A stretch of 61,844 bases of DNA, the filler included, from Choristocarpus tenellus KU-1152 (Eukaryota; Protista; Phaeophyceae), in assembly GCA_964200185.2 (NCBI GenBank). It is 11 parts of 11 records of this genome, joined end to end, with 100 filler letters (N's around TTAATTAATTAA, not from the genome) between each part and the next. Parts side by side here need not be neighbours in the genome. Positions count along the whole stretch, not along the records: positions 38,389 to 42,621 come from CAXNAD020015564.1; positions 42,722 to 48,972 come from CAXNAD020008571.1; positions 49,073 to 58,294 come from CAXNAD020003866.1; 8 more parts are not named here. The stretch is one strand, 5' to 3'. The position numbers were made by a program, and so were the translations under genes. The notes under the pieces were generated by a model, which made no database searches, was not told the DNA's origin, and worked only from the letters and a program-made list of their open reading frames with translations. Numbering within the stretch: the first letter of the stretch is position 1; every line of letters begins with the position of its first letter. Shown piece by piece: positions 38,389-51,420 of the stretch.

Positions 38389-41144
38389 AAGGGGAGGGGG
38401 GGGTTGGTCGAGCTGGGGGGCTTAACAGGGAGGGGAGGGAGCGGAAGGTGTCTTGTACTGCTATAGGTGGCGTTTTCACTCCGTGTATGGTCCGTTCGAA
38501 GGCTGCTGTGGATCCGGTTTAACCCTTTTCCCTTGATATCGGTACACTGATGCTGTGGTGTGTTTTTTGTAAGACCTGCCGAGCTCCGCTGGTGTTTATG
38601 GAGGAGGTAAATGGAGTCGGCGGGAAGGAGGGGTGTGTGTGATAGGTGGAGGTTTTTTGGAGATCGTCACCTAGTACATCTGTGGGGTGGAGATGGATTG
38701 TGTGTTCACCTTAATGAAATTTATGTGACTAATTGTGACCTGAGCTGTCGAGAATTACCTCGTGGTGTGTGTGCAGATGTGGTGCGCCTGTGTTCTCAAG
38801 ATATTTGTGAGTGCAGGGAGTGACGGTGTTTTTTGTGACTGCGTAACTTCTTCTTTTTGTATTTTGTATGTTGTGTATTTTCTGTGGTGACACTCATCAT
38901 GAAGTCATTTTATGTGTGTGTTAAGTGTATTCGTTTGGTGTGATTGCTACCGAACTGACTGGGGAGGTACATGATGAGGTGAGGTGGGAGAGGTGCTGGA
39001 TACACCTTCTCTCATTCGAGAGAATTTTATCCAGGGGGGGGGGCACCTGTATTTGCGTTATTTGATTTTGCCATTGATGGAATAATAGGTGTTCACTAGG
39101 CAGACCCTGTTTGCATTAATTCTGTGAATATCTCACTAATGAAATATGACAACAGTGTAATAACTCCTTTTTTTGGTCTTTCCTATTGGGCATGGTGAGC
39201 GTGTTTTGCAGGCCCTTGGCTGACTCTTGATGGACAAGGTCGGCTGAACCTTCTGCTCGATCGATCCCTGCCTTGAGACATCGTACTCACATTTCACCAG
39301 TCCTCTGTAGCCGCACTCAAGCAAAGAATCAATATTCAGAGGAACTCTCCGCTGTTTTTCTAGCAACAGAGCGTTCATTTTTTGTATGGTAGTGTAGTGG
39401 TACAGGAGAACAAGCCTTCTTGCTTAGTAAGAACGTGTAGAGCGATGCTCAAAACCTACTAAATTCCTTGCAGTCACAGTAGAACTATCCGCGATGTCTT
39501 CACAGTGTCGCAGTCCGACCATCTGAACTCTGACCGGAGGAATCTTGAGGTAGGAACTGGATGAGGGGTTGTGGGTTGTGAATGAAGTGCTTTCAAGTGT
39601 TTGACGTGTAGGTCATGAAAAGCAAGGGGCACGCAGACAGATCTTTGGCGATTCTACTTCTGGCAAGCACTATATAAATAATCACATGCATCCCTTTACT
39701 ATATTTATCCAACCTCCGGTACATCTAGTATCAAATTGAAGCATTAATGGACGTTTTCCTGTACCATTCAGCCTTGGCTGAGGCAAGTGATTCGGGTGAG
39801 GCTTCATCTATCTAGTGGCCTAGTTGGGATGGGCGAGTCTGTAAAAAAAAACGTGCTGCCATATAACACTCGCCTTCCGATCCTGTTGTTTCAAGAATGT
39901 GTGCTTTTGGTGTTGTTCTCTTCTTTGTCTTAAAAGTGTGTACGCATGTATGTTCAATGTGTGTGTATGTGGCTGTACTGTCATACGATTGATCGTGTTC
40001 CAAGAAGAGGTATTTTCACTTGTGGCAGTAGGTAGAATATGGATCGATTGTCACCCGATGAGCTGGTATCTTTTTTTTTTCCTGTGGTCACTACGACATA
40101 CATATTTGTTCTCAATAATGAGCCAAAGAGTGAATCGAGAGACTCAGGGTTGCACTTCAACGGTCCTGTCAAATAAGTGCGTAGAATTTGACTCTTTGTA
40201 CGAGCACGTGCGAGGATGTTTTTTAGTTCTGCCCCAAGACTTTCAAACAAAAGAAGAGAGAAATCAATGCTCTCAAGTCAATTGTCAGCACTTCATCCAT
40301 AGAAACGAGTGGAACGAGGGTGAACTGCAAAGGCCAAAAAAAAAAAGTCATAAATAAAAAAAAAAACGGTCAAAACCTGGGGCACCTTTCGCTTACTTCG
40401 CCTTTTGTTGTCATGGGGGGAACAGCAATAAACATACAATATACATACAATAAGGCACGCAACACAATACACACACAAGAAAAAATAGACTGTATTGCTT
40501 CACTTTACGACCTCGTAGTTCCCTTGATGACAATATCTGGAAAATGTCATTGGGCATAATAAAAATACATAGTGAGTGCCCAATGACGTTTTGCTGATGT
40601 GTTGTGGAAAAAGCCAGACCAACATCACAAGGACCCCCTGTAAGAGTAACAGTTGTGGTAAATGTGTAAGACAGTATCAAAATATGATGGAACAATGACC
40701 GAGCAAATTGCAGACCCTAATTTTTTTTATCGTGTTCGTTGTGTTCTTTTGACTCTTTTCATTTTTCTTACTATTCCCTCCATGACAAAAACAAATCTAC
40801 GAAACGTCTGTGGGTCTAAAAATATATATGAAGGTCTTCCCATACTCCAACAGTGGAAGCCAAAGGAAACGAAAAGCTACCCAGGTTACACGAACGTTTT
40901 CTTTTTCAAGTCTGTTTTTTAATCTCTTCCGATTCATCCACGCTTGTAGGGATTAAAAACTTGAAGTTATTTCAAGTGTAGACTCAAAACCGTTGATTTA
41001 CTGTTTGAAACTTTCCCGTCAGAATTAAGAAAGTATCATGGACACGTTCAAATAAAAAGAGGCTGAACTTGCACATAATTATGAGCATCCTTAAGATGCA
41101 ACCCTGGGTATCTCTCGTTTACTTTGAATCAGTTTTTCTACCTT

Positions 41145-41186
<42 letters not shown>

Positions 41187-42621
41187 GGGAAAACGGGTTG
41201 GCAGACACTTACACCAATATACAATCAAAATACGTCATGAGCAGGGTTATCTTCACGCACCACATTGCGCGCAAACTGCCAGCGCTCAAGGATTTTTATT
41301 TTATTTTTAAATGGGTTTCCGACATCTTGGCAGGCGTTTAAACTTATGATGCATGAAATTAGTCGTACATGTATGTGTCAACCTTTCACAAGCTACACGT
41401 GTGTTTATTCTCTACATCGTAATTTTACCATTAGGATAGATTCAACAGGTGTCTTTGATAAGTACCTACCCCTTTGAACTGTTGCTGATTGGTGTTTCTA
41501 TCACACCCCACATCATCACTAATTGAAGCATAGCACTATAGTTCATACTAGTGTATGCAATAATTGTGTCATGGATGGGAAAGAGGAAGAAGTGGTTGAG
41601 TGAGGTTCCAAAATTGAAATCAGGTTCATTTATGTACATTTTAAGCATATTGAACCTTTCCAATTGATTTTATTTCCAGTTCTTTGTGGGGTTGTTCAAA
41701 CATGACACATTGTACACAAAATTAGTCATTCAGATGGGGACACACAATACGCTGAAATACACAACATAAAATATTACAGTATACACACAATGATTAACCA
41801 CTTCTTCCCCATACCTTCATCATTGACCTATCCGCCCCTGATAGACCTATTACAATAGAGGCATTATCAGCATAGAAAATAATGCATATTTGCAGTCACC
41901 ATATTTACAGCTGCAGTCACACACTGCTCTCTAAGCTCACTCTTCCAACAAATTGAGGACACAAGAACCCCCAATACTTACTGCGAGCAATCCCTACGTG
42001 GCATGAAGCTAGGATTCACAATGCACAGGAGGTACATGTTAAGGTGAACAAGTCAGGGAGTATGCAATCTTACAATAGAGCAGGATCAGTGCTTCCAAGC
42101 GGGTGGGTGCGAAGCCACATGCCAGGAGTCCTAATAATGAACTATTCGCTGAACTACTCCTAGGTACTCCTGTGCACCCAAAACTGTCACTACATAATTT
42201 CAGAATGGAGTGCAGGACAGAGTGACTGGGACGCCTGTGCTTCTAATAGGTGATTGCTGAAGCAAGCAAACCGTATTTTTATCACCAGTCAAGACAAAGG
42301 AGTGAGTAAGGCTGGGTTCCTGCCTTGTTGGCTGAAGTATTCTCCCATGCGCTGAAGAGAGATGGCAACAATCATGGCCTATGAAAAGTATGGCAACAAA
42401 TGGACAGAAGGAGTTTGCTCCATAGTGTAGTGTGAATCACCCCTGCTTGCGAGAATATTCACACATTTACATTTAGAAACAGAGTTGGGTATTGGTGTTC
42501 CCCAGACTTGTGTATGCAAATAACTCGATTGTTTCCTCATTATGTAGAACAGGTTGTACATGAAGTAAGGAAGGTGTAGAAAAGAGAGTGAGCTTCAAAC
42601 CCCAAAGGAGGGGTGTCATTG

Positions 42622-42721
42622 NNNNNNNNNNNNNNNNNNNNNNNNNNNNNNNNNNNNNNNNNNNNTTAATTAATTAANNNNNNNNNNNNNNNNNNNNNNN
42701 NNNNNNNNNNNNNNNNNNNNN
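42622..42721. other. Artificial contig spacer
   Basis: 44 N + TTAATTAATTAA + 44 N. Confidence 0.98.
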
Positions 42722-43471
42722 ACGATTAATTACTCGATTCCACGATTGATTTGACAGGAATGCCACGATTGTTAGTCGATTCCACGATTGATTTCCCGGT
42801 TTTGTACCAAGTGGTACACAAACGATATTGTACCACATCAATTATGTACCGATTGTTTCGGGCATGCCCATGGGTGAACAAAATCGGGTAACCTACTGTA
42901 ATAATATGAATGATATATGCCACTTATGAAACTCCAATCAGAAATCAGAAATCAGAAATCATACTACGTAAATGAAGAGACCTTCTCATTGGTCCATCCT
43001 TCGACATCATTGTGAACTTTGAGAGATAGCAGTGCAGTGGTTACTGGTATTTGTGAAAATTCACACATATCACAAAATATTGTAGTATATTGCCATCTCT
43101 CCACTTCCTATAAATAGAAGCATTATATTTTACTGTTGATCCTTACGATCTTCCCAAGTTGTCCTTTACCATCCATCTTATCAAGATGCTGTTATTATTT
43201 CTATCTCCCCATATTGTTTTAGAAATATTTTGTGCTTGAGTGAACGTCTGTCCTTAAGTTTGAGTTAAAATCCTGCCGTTGGTTTAGGTTATATTGGTTG
43301 TCTGCCAATTGGCAGTTCACTGCTATCATCTCCCTACATCGCGAAAGAGATATTTTGTGTCCGCGTCCAACTGTTGTAGTTTCAAGTTTCAACCGAACAC
43401 CAAGACCTGACAACCAAGGTTTAGGACGATATCTGTACGAGGGCCACCAAGACGGGTTGCATGGTATTTTC

Positions 43472-46400
43472 ATGTCGGACGAGAAAGATCTGACGACCAC
43501 ACTGGGTCCCATTGTGAGAGGGCGTGGAGGAAGACGTCGCTTTGTGTCTGGAACAGATGGTCATCCCTCTCACAGTTTGTCGCCGTCCAGTGTGCGCACC
43601 TCAACATCCAGTTTTAACTTACAAGAACATACATTACCAAGGATGGAGAATGGATTTGGAGTGGGTTCCATACGGCAAAACAGTGGGAGGAACTCACAAC
43701 GCTCGCACTCGCGCCACGTTAGCACCACTGGAAATATTTTTGGCAGTCGGCGGCAAAGGTGAAAGGGGTAATTTCTAAATTTCCACACGGGACTTTACAT
43801 GCGGATTAATTTTCCCTTGTTGGCTTTGCTTAAGCTGGTGTGGTAAAAACCATTGCGTCATCTCAACACATCAGGAGGCAATTTGTACGAATTTGTAATG
43901 TTCCTGCTTGAGAAATCCTACTGCTAATGGTGATGTTCATGCCAGAGGAAGCGTGCTTGCAGCTGGCAATATGTTTATACATAAATTATGCAGTTTCTTG
44001 TTCCTTAAATGGTCAAAGTGGCGACTTGGTTCTAGCACTTTCATTGAAGATAGCTGCACTTATTTCTAAATGCAGGCGATTCATTGAACTTGAAGACAAC
44101 GTGAGTGTCTCTGCTGCGGAAGCACGGACATACGATGAAACTCAGAAACAGCAAGAACTGGAGGCAGAGTGTGCGATTCGAGGGTTAGGAAGGTGAGGAA
44201 GTCCAATAAAGCAAGTGTTCAACCTTAGAATTGGTCGAGGAATTGGGGCTACTGTACAGTACATAGAAAAATATCTACCTACCTTACCTGTCCTTTTATT
44301 TTTTTCCACTGAGGTGAGATGATTTTCTTTACTTTGTTTAGAAGTCGGGGACATCTTGTAGTTGATCAAGTGTCCGAGAGCTTCTTCTGTCGCTTCAGTG
44401 GTAGGATTCATGTTGTCGGTCTTATGTCTGGGAGATCTGGCACAAAATTGGGCTGTCAATAAGTCACGCCAGTACCTAGAGGCTGGTGTTCAAAATTGAA
44501 GCATCAAAATGTGTCAGATATGACTCTTGTGACTCAATATATTCTGGGCGGTCTGAAAAGTGAATTGATAAATTTTCTCCGAAGGCGAGGAGATTGCCCT
44601 TCCTGACGGTGTTCGCCATGCCTCCTACCTCTGTGCGACACTCCAGAGAAAAAGTCTTCTTGTCTCAACTTTGGTATTTCTACATACACAAGCTAGCCGA
44701 GATCCATTTTGTGTACTGGTTGAATGTAGAAAGAGCAGTACTTGCACAAGTAATATGTACTGTGATCTGCCATTCGTATTGGAGGAGATGCTGGCAGTTG
44801 TATCCATCTGCACTTGGCTCTGTTGTGATCTGCATAGATGTCTCATGTTATCGATGCATTTGGACCTCATTCTCAGGGGCAAACACACACAAAAAAACAG
44901 TTCGAGATTATACGATTATTTCACCTCTTCCCCTCTCAACCCTTCTGCCAAACATCGAGGTTCCACTGCTCTACAGGGGTCGATAGTTGCGGACTACATG
45001 CTGTTTCACGTTTCTATTTGCCACAACTATCTGACCTCTTGGTTCTTTTTCATTGCCTGGGCTGCACATGTACTCTACTGTTTCAGGCAAATGTCCAGGA
45101 GCATTCACACAAAAGTAAAAAAAGCACATGTAGAACCTGAACCAAACAGGTCTGGTTATCCACCACCGAGAAGGAGGGGAAGCAGCACAGCATCGATGTT
45201 AGCATCTTCCCAGAGGGCCCCTGCCATGTCTCGAAGCTGGACTAGCTCAAGTCACCTTCCACCCAATACCAATGCATCTTCTGCTCCAACAAAAGAGATA
45301 TCTAGCCAAGCATCAATTGCACCAAATCTTGCATTGAATTCACAGAAAAAGACCCAAGACTACATAACCCCTGAGGTGGAGCCGGAGATTATGATTGGGG
45401 AGATACAGGTGATGCTTTATGGTGGCAAATTGTGTGAAGTCTTGGCCATTTGTATTGTGTGTCCTGCAATATGCTTAGCCTTTGCAAATTTCACTGTTTT
45501 TTTGTGTGTATCATCCGAGGAGCAAGAACGATTAAGTACATCAATCATAGGCAAAGGTATGTGATACTCTCACAGTAATCTATCTCATGGTTGTTATCCT
45601 CAATGTTGGAGAAGGGGAGCCTACTTCTGAAGAGATATGGGCACACTTGCAAGGTTTTGACTCTTCTGGCCTGTCCTCAGATCTCTATATTTTTGTTTCT
45701 ACCATCCCATACAGGTAATTACAGTTACACATCATAGATCGGTTATTTGTCCAACACTGTGCTGAGAAGCCCAGTTCAGGCGCTCTGCTATCCTAATTAT
45801 GGAATGACAACAATGACTTAAGCATAATCAAACCGAAAAGCACCTGACCCTCATCAACCAAAATTCCTTGTCACCCTGGAATGTTGCACGCTTGCTGTGA
45901 ATTTTGTTACATGGAACAAACATTGCATTGTGCATCTGTTGCTGTGCCTCCTTCCCTGACCCCCGTTCTGCGCTCTCCCCTTCAACTCAGAATGTGAATG
46001 TCAGGAAGGAGTTGAATACCTTGAGGTCGGCGTTACTTATGGTAGTTGTTGTCTTGGTTACAGCATTTGCGGCGAAGGAAAATGTGGACATACCTGGGGA
46101 TGACCATTCGGAGGTGGATGTATATAAGTGGGTCTTGTTCGCCATTGTAACCTTTGTCTCCCTACCTGTACTGCGCTTCACAGCACGCCTGTTTGCGTAC
46201 ATTCTCACCACAAAGGCCTCTGGCATGCTCTACAAGGGGAACAGGCAAGTGAAGATTATTGGTAGGTTGCTGAAGTAAGGGGTGGGGGGAAGGGAATTTT
46301 GTGTGTGTTTGGTCCGTATGACACACTTACACTACTATGTTAAGGTTGTTGTAAGAGAGTGTTGAGTTTTTTGTTGCCAGCAGATAGATTACTGTTCATG

Positions 46401-48972
46401 AACGTTTTAGAATTGAGCCTTTTGTGTGTCAACAACAAGGTTCATTTCCTTGTTTCTCAGACGCCACACCAGTTGGCACTATGGTGCCGTTGCTCTTGAA
46501 TGCTTGATCTTATGTTTTGCAAGCTGCACAGTAGTTTCATGGTAAGCAGTATAGTGTATACTATTGTGGTTGGCCCATGCAATCAATTTAAATTGATGCC
46601 CTTCCCTCTTCCGCCCACATTGTGTTTTCTTCTATTCTAATTCAGGTACTACTTTCCAATGGTGCTACACAATGAGATTGCTCTCGTCTGCCATGGCGTA
46701 GTGTTGGTCTTGATGTGGAATTATGTGTTCGAGATCTGGGTCCTGGACCTTGATGAGTCCTTAGCAGAAAAGTACGGCATCGACAACTGCCATGAAATTG
46801 CAGCCAATATCCTTGAGTCCTACCTGGCCTTTAGGGTGGGACTGTTGGTGAAGAACTTCATCGTGTTGTATGTGGCGACAACTTACCTTTGGAGGCCCTA
46901 CCTACAGCGTGTCAAGGCAAGGGAGATACTTTAAGAAATTGGATTAAGGGTTAGGGTTAGTACAGGCATGGTGCCATTAATAGTGCTGTGTGTTTGGGAC
47001 CTGGTCCTATTGAACCTTGGGGCTGGGGGTGCTTAGTGTCAAGCAAAGGACACTAACCAACATACTACTGGTGGGGTAAGTCTGTTGCTGTGAGAAGTTT
47101 CTCGAAGTTGACCCCCTTTATCTTAGAACTTAGTGCTTCCACATCATCACCTCTAGTGGTACTTGCCGACAAAGTACTTATTTATTACAAAAAGGCTTGT
47201 TTTGTGCTAAGAACCTGTTAGGAGTGGCAGCAATTGTTGTGTTGCTGATTGGCCTAGTCTTGATTTGATATGTATATCCTATGTTGTTGAAATCATAGCG
47301 AGACGCAATCAAGTTGTAACGTTGCCACTGGAGGGTGATTGAGGTTTCGATGAAACTTGTCTAGGGCGCCTGCAGACGCACCTGTTTTTGTCATTTGCTT
47401 GCTCTTGTCTTATCTTTTTCCCCTCCTCCCCTGTCAATTCAACAATGAGAACAGAGTAGCATCCTGGCGCAGTACCTTCTACTCCTCCTCACTGACTACT
47501 GCACCAAGGGAACGCTCAATCCGGATGATGAGCGGTTTGCCATACAGATGGGCCAGCAGGGGACACAGTGGAGGAATGTGAGCCTTTATGCAATCTCCAA
47601 GGCCATGGGGTTCATTCCGAGGAACAAACTGGGGCATGCTTTCTTCAAGTGAGATTTTGGTTAGGTGTGGTGGGGGGGGGGGGGTTGGAACGAGGTTGAG
47701 GAAAGGTATTTTCATGTGAAGCTTGTTGAGTTTTGGTTTCACTATTGAAGGGATCTTCCAGAGCAGTCACCCTTTCCCTTTTCCTTGTTGTAGTGGGTTT
47801 TGTTGTTCTAATTCTGTCTTGTGGAGTCATTGGGTCATTTCCCAACATTACATTGTAGTCCCCTATTTTTTTTTTATAGTGTGTAGGCGAAACCTAATGC
47901 AAGGGAGACAGTATTGTCATGCTTGAAAGTGACCCATGGTTGTTGGTACCTGTATTATCTTTACAGGGCCCGGACTTCTAAATACCTGCTCTTATGAGTG
48001 CCTTTGCCTGTACTTTGTATTTGATCACTTGTTCTGCCTTATCCTTGACTCAACTTTGCCTCTGTAAATTTTTGAATTTTGAATTATCTTTTTTTCGTGT
48101 GGAGCTTTGCACGTTGATTTTTTTTGTCCATCAGTTGCACCCACCTTGTTTGATTGTTGACAACTGTCTCGACTGGAGTCAATGTTCTGTTGTGTTGTGT
48201 CAATGTTCTATTGTGTTGCACTGAAAGTGGTTTCTTTTTGACGACCGATACTTGGTGTTTTGATATGTTGAATAGGCATTTGGATGTATTGATACTAGCA
48301 ATGCACAGGACCTCCACCTCACTAGTTTATGTCCTCAGTAGGGTATGCATGTGATGCTCAAGATATTTTGACACGCACCCTTCATGCTCATCTGCAGATG
48401 CATCTTGGTGGCATATTTTAATCCATGTCATACAAAAAGCAGTAATAGTATGCATCAATCATTGCAATACTTCCCTATCCTTCACCTCCTACGAACAAGA
48501 TGATGTAAAATTTTTCACTGGGCACAGGGAGATCGGAGGCAGTGATACCCTGGACTCCAGGGATGATGCTGCTGCCCTTGGCAATTTTCTCTTCACAAGG
48601 CTCTTGGAATGCTCCAAGGCATCCGCTAAGGCCAAGGCTGCAGCATCTAAGGAAGTCACTCAGAGCAGTTCGTCAGGAGATTTGACTAATGCGTGGCACA
48701 CTGGGTATAGTGCTGGAAACACAGGACTGACTTCGAGACCAAGTACTGATGAATCCAAGCCCCAATCAGCGTCTCACCTCAGCGGGGTGAACCTGGGCAA
48801 TGGTGGCACCACGGGACGGGCCAGCGTCAAGGGTATCCAGCTGAAAGGGACCCTTGCAGCAGCGTTTGAGGATGGCTTTGCAGCGGTATCGAATATTTTT
48901 GGGAATGGGGGGGGGGAGGATGACAAGGTGACGCTAGAGGGGGGGACAGGTACTGAAGTAGAAGACTGGAGG
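43472..48972 (+). CDS. MscS-like mechanosensitive ion channel (eukaryotic MSL4-10/Msy type), 5' half; 3' truncated
   Basis: Phase-consistent exons 43472-43758, 44076-44192, 45087-45408, 45991-46244, 46646-46916, 47455-47648, 48528-48972. TM helices are followed by LLVKNFIVLYVATTYLWRPYLQRVKSSILAQYLL (cf. plant LVKTLLVKVLASSFH..YFDRIQESLF.QY), NVSLYAISKAM and LDSRDDAAALGNFLF. The MscS pore domain is not in the window. Confidence 0.82.
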
Positions 48973-49072
48973 NNNNNNNNNNNNNNNNNNNNNNNNNNNN
49001 NNNNNNNNNNNNNNNNTTAATTAATTAANNNNNNNNNNNNNNNNNNNNNNNNNNNNNNNNNNNNNNNNNNNN
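48973..49072. other. Artificial contig spacer
   Basis: 44 N + TTAATTAATTAA + 44 N. Confidence 0.98.
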
Positions 49073-49141
49073 CTCATATACACAAAATAAGGTACACCTC
49101 ACTATTGTCCTATTTTGCACACTATCCTCCCCTCCCACTCA

Positions 49142-50975
49142 AAGTGAAAGTATCTTAGAGGGTACAAATTTTGACCTGTTCTCTCCGTTTGGGGCTTGAA
49201 ATATTTTAGCCATCCACGACCTTTTTGTGCAACTTTTTCAGTGTTCGGTGTTTCGAAATAAAGTGGTCCTATAGTAGCTTCGCCCTCTGTGACAATCGTA
49301 GTTTTTTTTGCACCATATCGCCACAACAGTTACATCAAATAAAAGGGTATGACAAGAGCTTTTGAAGGTTTGTATCCACGAATGTCCGGGCTTCGGAGAA
49401 CGGGAGCTATGTCCCGATCCAATAGTGGTAAAAATGTGGGGGAATATCTCCGACACAATTTTAAAGGTCACGACTTCAAAACGGACAAAAATGAAGTGGT
49501 TGACTGAATTACCCGCAAAAAACTGATGCATGGTAGGCCGCTGCCCACGTTTGACCTGTGTGGTGATACCGAAAAAAACTCCAAGATTTCCAGACATATT
49601 TTAACGCCATTTGCAGACTTTCTGTGGGCACACACACACGTGACCCACACAGCAACATGAACCACGACGGTGAGACAAGGAGAGCTGCCAAGGCCACTCT
49701 GCCCCATGGATCTACCCTCAGCACCTTCTCTGTTGAGAGGCAACGGAAAAGCAAGTATTGTGTGACACTCAGTGGGATGATAGGTGATGAGAAGCTGCGA
49801 GTAGTGTGACGCAACAGCATGATCAAATCGCTAAATGGACCACGGGGCCGCGACATTGACCCTGAGAGAAGATGCATTGAAAGCATTACCACCACACAAA
49901 CGTGGTTGGATTTTCAACCACGTCAGAGCACTGCTCTGCAGTCTCTGCAGCCTCAGGAAAGCAGGAAGAGAGCGGCGAGTCCATCACCAGGTGGTACAGT
50001 GACGAAATCCGTGGGGAAGCCTGGTCTCGGCAGGCGAAGGGAGAACCGGGTTGGCCGCCCGAAGGGAAGACTGGGAAGGAGAGCAGTGCGACTGTGTGCC
50101 ATTGCACTCAGGACACGCCTAAGTGAAAGTCTGGGTGTAGATATCTTAGTAGTCGACAGTTGCAGCAGGCCCTGGCTGACTGGAAGCTGTGTAAGCCGGA
50201 GTGGCTTAAGGAAACGAGAAAGAAGGTGTTAGGGTTGGGGTACAAGGGCTCTGAAGTCCGAAAGAAGGTTGAAATGGCTCGCAAGGCAGAGGAGAAAGCG
50301 GTGGCAAAAAAGGCAGCTGTGGAGACTTTCAATACCACCAAATCTTCTACTTAGAAGAGGTCGCGAAGCAGGTGGAGGTAGAGATCGACAAGGACGCCAG
50401 GAAAGAAGAGGAGGTGAGATTGAGAATATGTGCACACCAATGGTTTGGTGTCTCCCACTTCTTGCAAGATGCCGTGTTGTTCCTGGACTTGGGGTTGGAC
50501 GTATAAAGTCGATTAAGGGTTTCTCCCGGCCTGCATTCATTCGAGAAATCAACACTATTTTCGATCAACTCAAGCCTGTCCTCTCTTGCCCTTGCGCCTT
50601 GATGATAAAACATCACCTGCCCAGGAAACACGGACGATACCCATTTCCGGCACTCAACGAGGAAATGGGATCGTAAAGGCTCAAACACTACGAATTCTTT
50701 ACCTGTGTATGGACGACGGGAAATGCCGTCTAACGGCGCTCAAGATGGTAGCAGGATATGCGTTGGTCAGGTCGGAAACTGTAAGAAAATGGGAGAGAGA
50801 CTTCCTAACTAAGGGCCACATCAAGGTGTCGGAGCAACGGCGCTCTGAGAGGCGTTTCATTCTAGGCCTCGACGAGGACATCCTTTCCGAGGTCAAGGAG
50901 TTAGTGGGCGAACACACAGGAAGAAAGGGTGGGGAGGCTTTTTTTCTCCCTAAACCCTATTCTTTAATCAAGTAA
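49142..50975 (+). mobile_element. Longer DNA transposon with a family-B left terminus and a decayed transposase-like N-terminal region
   Basis: 49142-49199 matches the first ~58 bp of MITE B and then diverges. Downstream broken frames include RVGRPKGR, a Lys/Glu helix and HTH-like VAGYALVRSETVRKWERDFLTKGHIKVS...ILGLDEDILSEVKELVGEHTGRKG. No right end and no catalytic domain are visible. Confidence 0.6.
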
Positions 50976-51039
50976 TAGTGCATCTGTTGCCACTCTTGGT
51001 GACCTACAATCCAGGGTTCGAACTGGTAATAATGTATCG

Positions 51040-51420
51040 TATCAAGTAGACAAAGGATGAGTAGTGTATGTTTCAACAAAGATTATCTGTGGAGGAGATA
51101 ACGCTTCTAATCATTCGGATGTACACTGGACAGCGATAGATTGTGATTCTTTGTGATGGAGTTGTTTTGAGGGGTGTGTTCTAGATCTTGTTATGTGGTG
51201 TATGAGGACAACCTAGGGGCCATCCATTTGGCTAACAAACCTTTGAGTTCTGGTAGGACCAAGCACATAGATGTATGTGCGACTCCATTTTGTGAGGGAC
51301 TTGCTCACAAATGGGCAAATCCAGATCGTTCATATTAACTCAGCATACATATGTGCTGGCCAAACCTCTAGCAGAGGAACCTTTTTGGAGGCATGCAGGG
51401 GCTTTGCTGAACTTCGACTA
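51040..51420 (+). mobile_element. Copia/Ty1 RNase H remnant
   Basis: YEDNLGAIHLANKPLSSGRTKHIDV, then after a frameshift VRLHFVRDLLTNGQIQIVHI. Confidence 0.85.

Noticed and set aside
38389-42621. Genes in this contig
   Set aside because: Only short ORFs without recognisable motifs; nothing supportable
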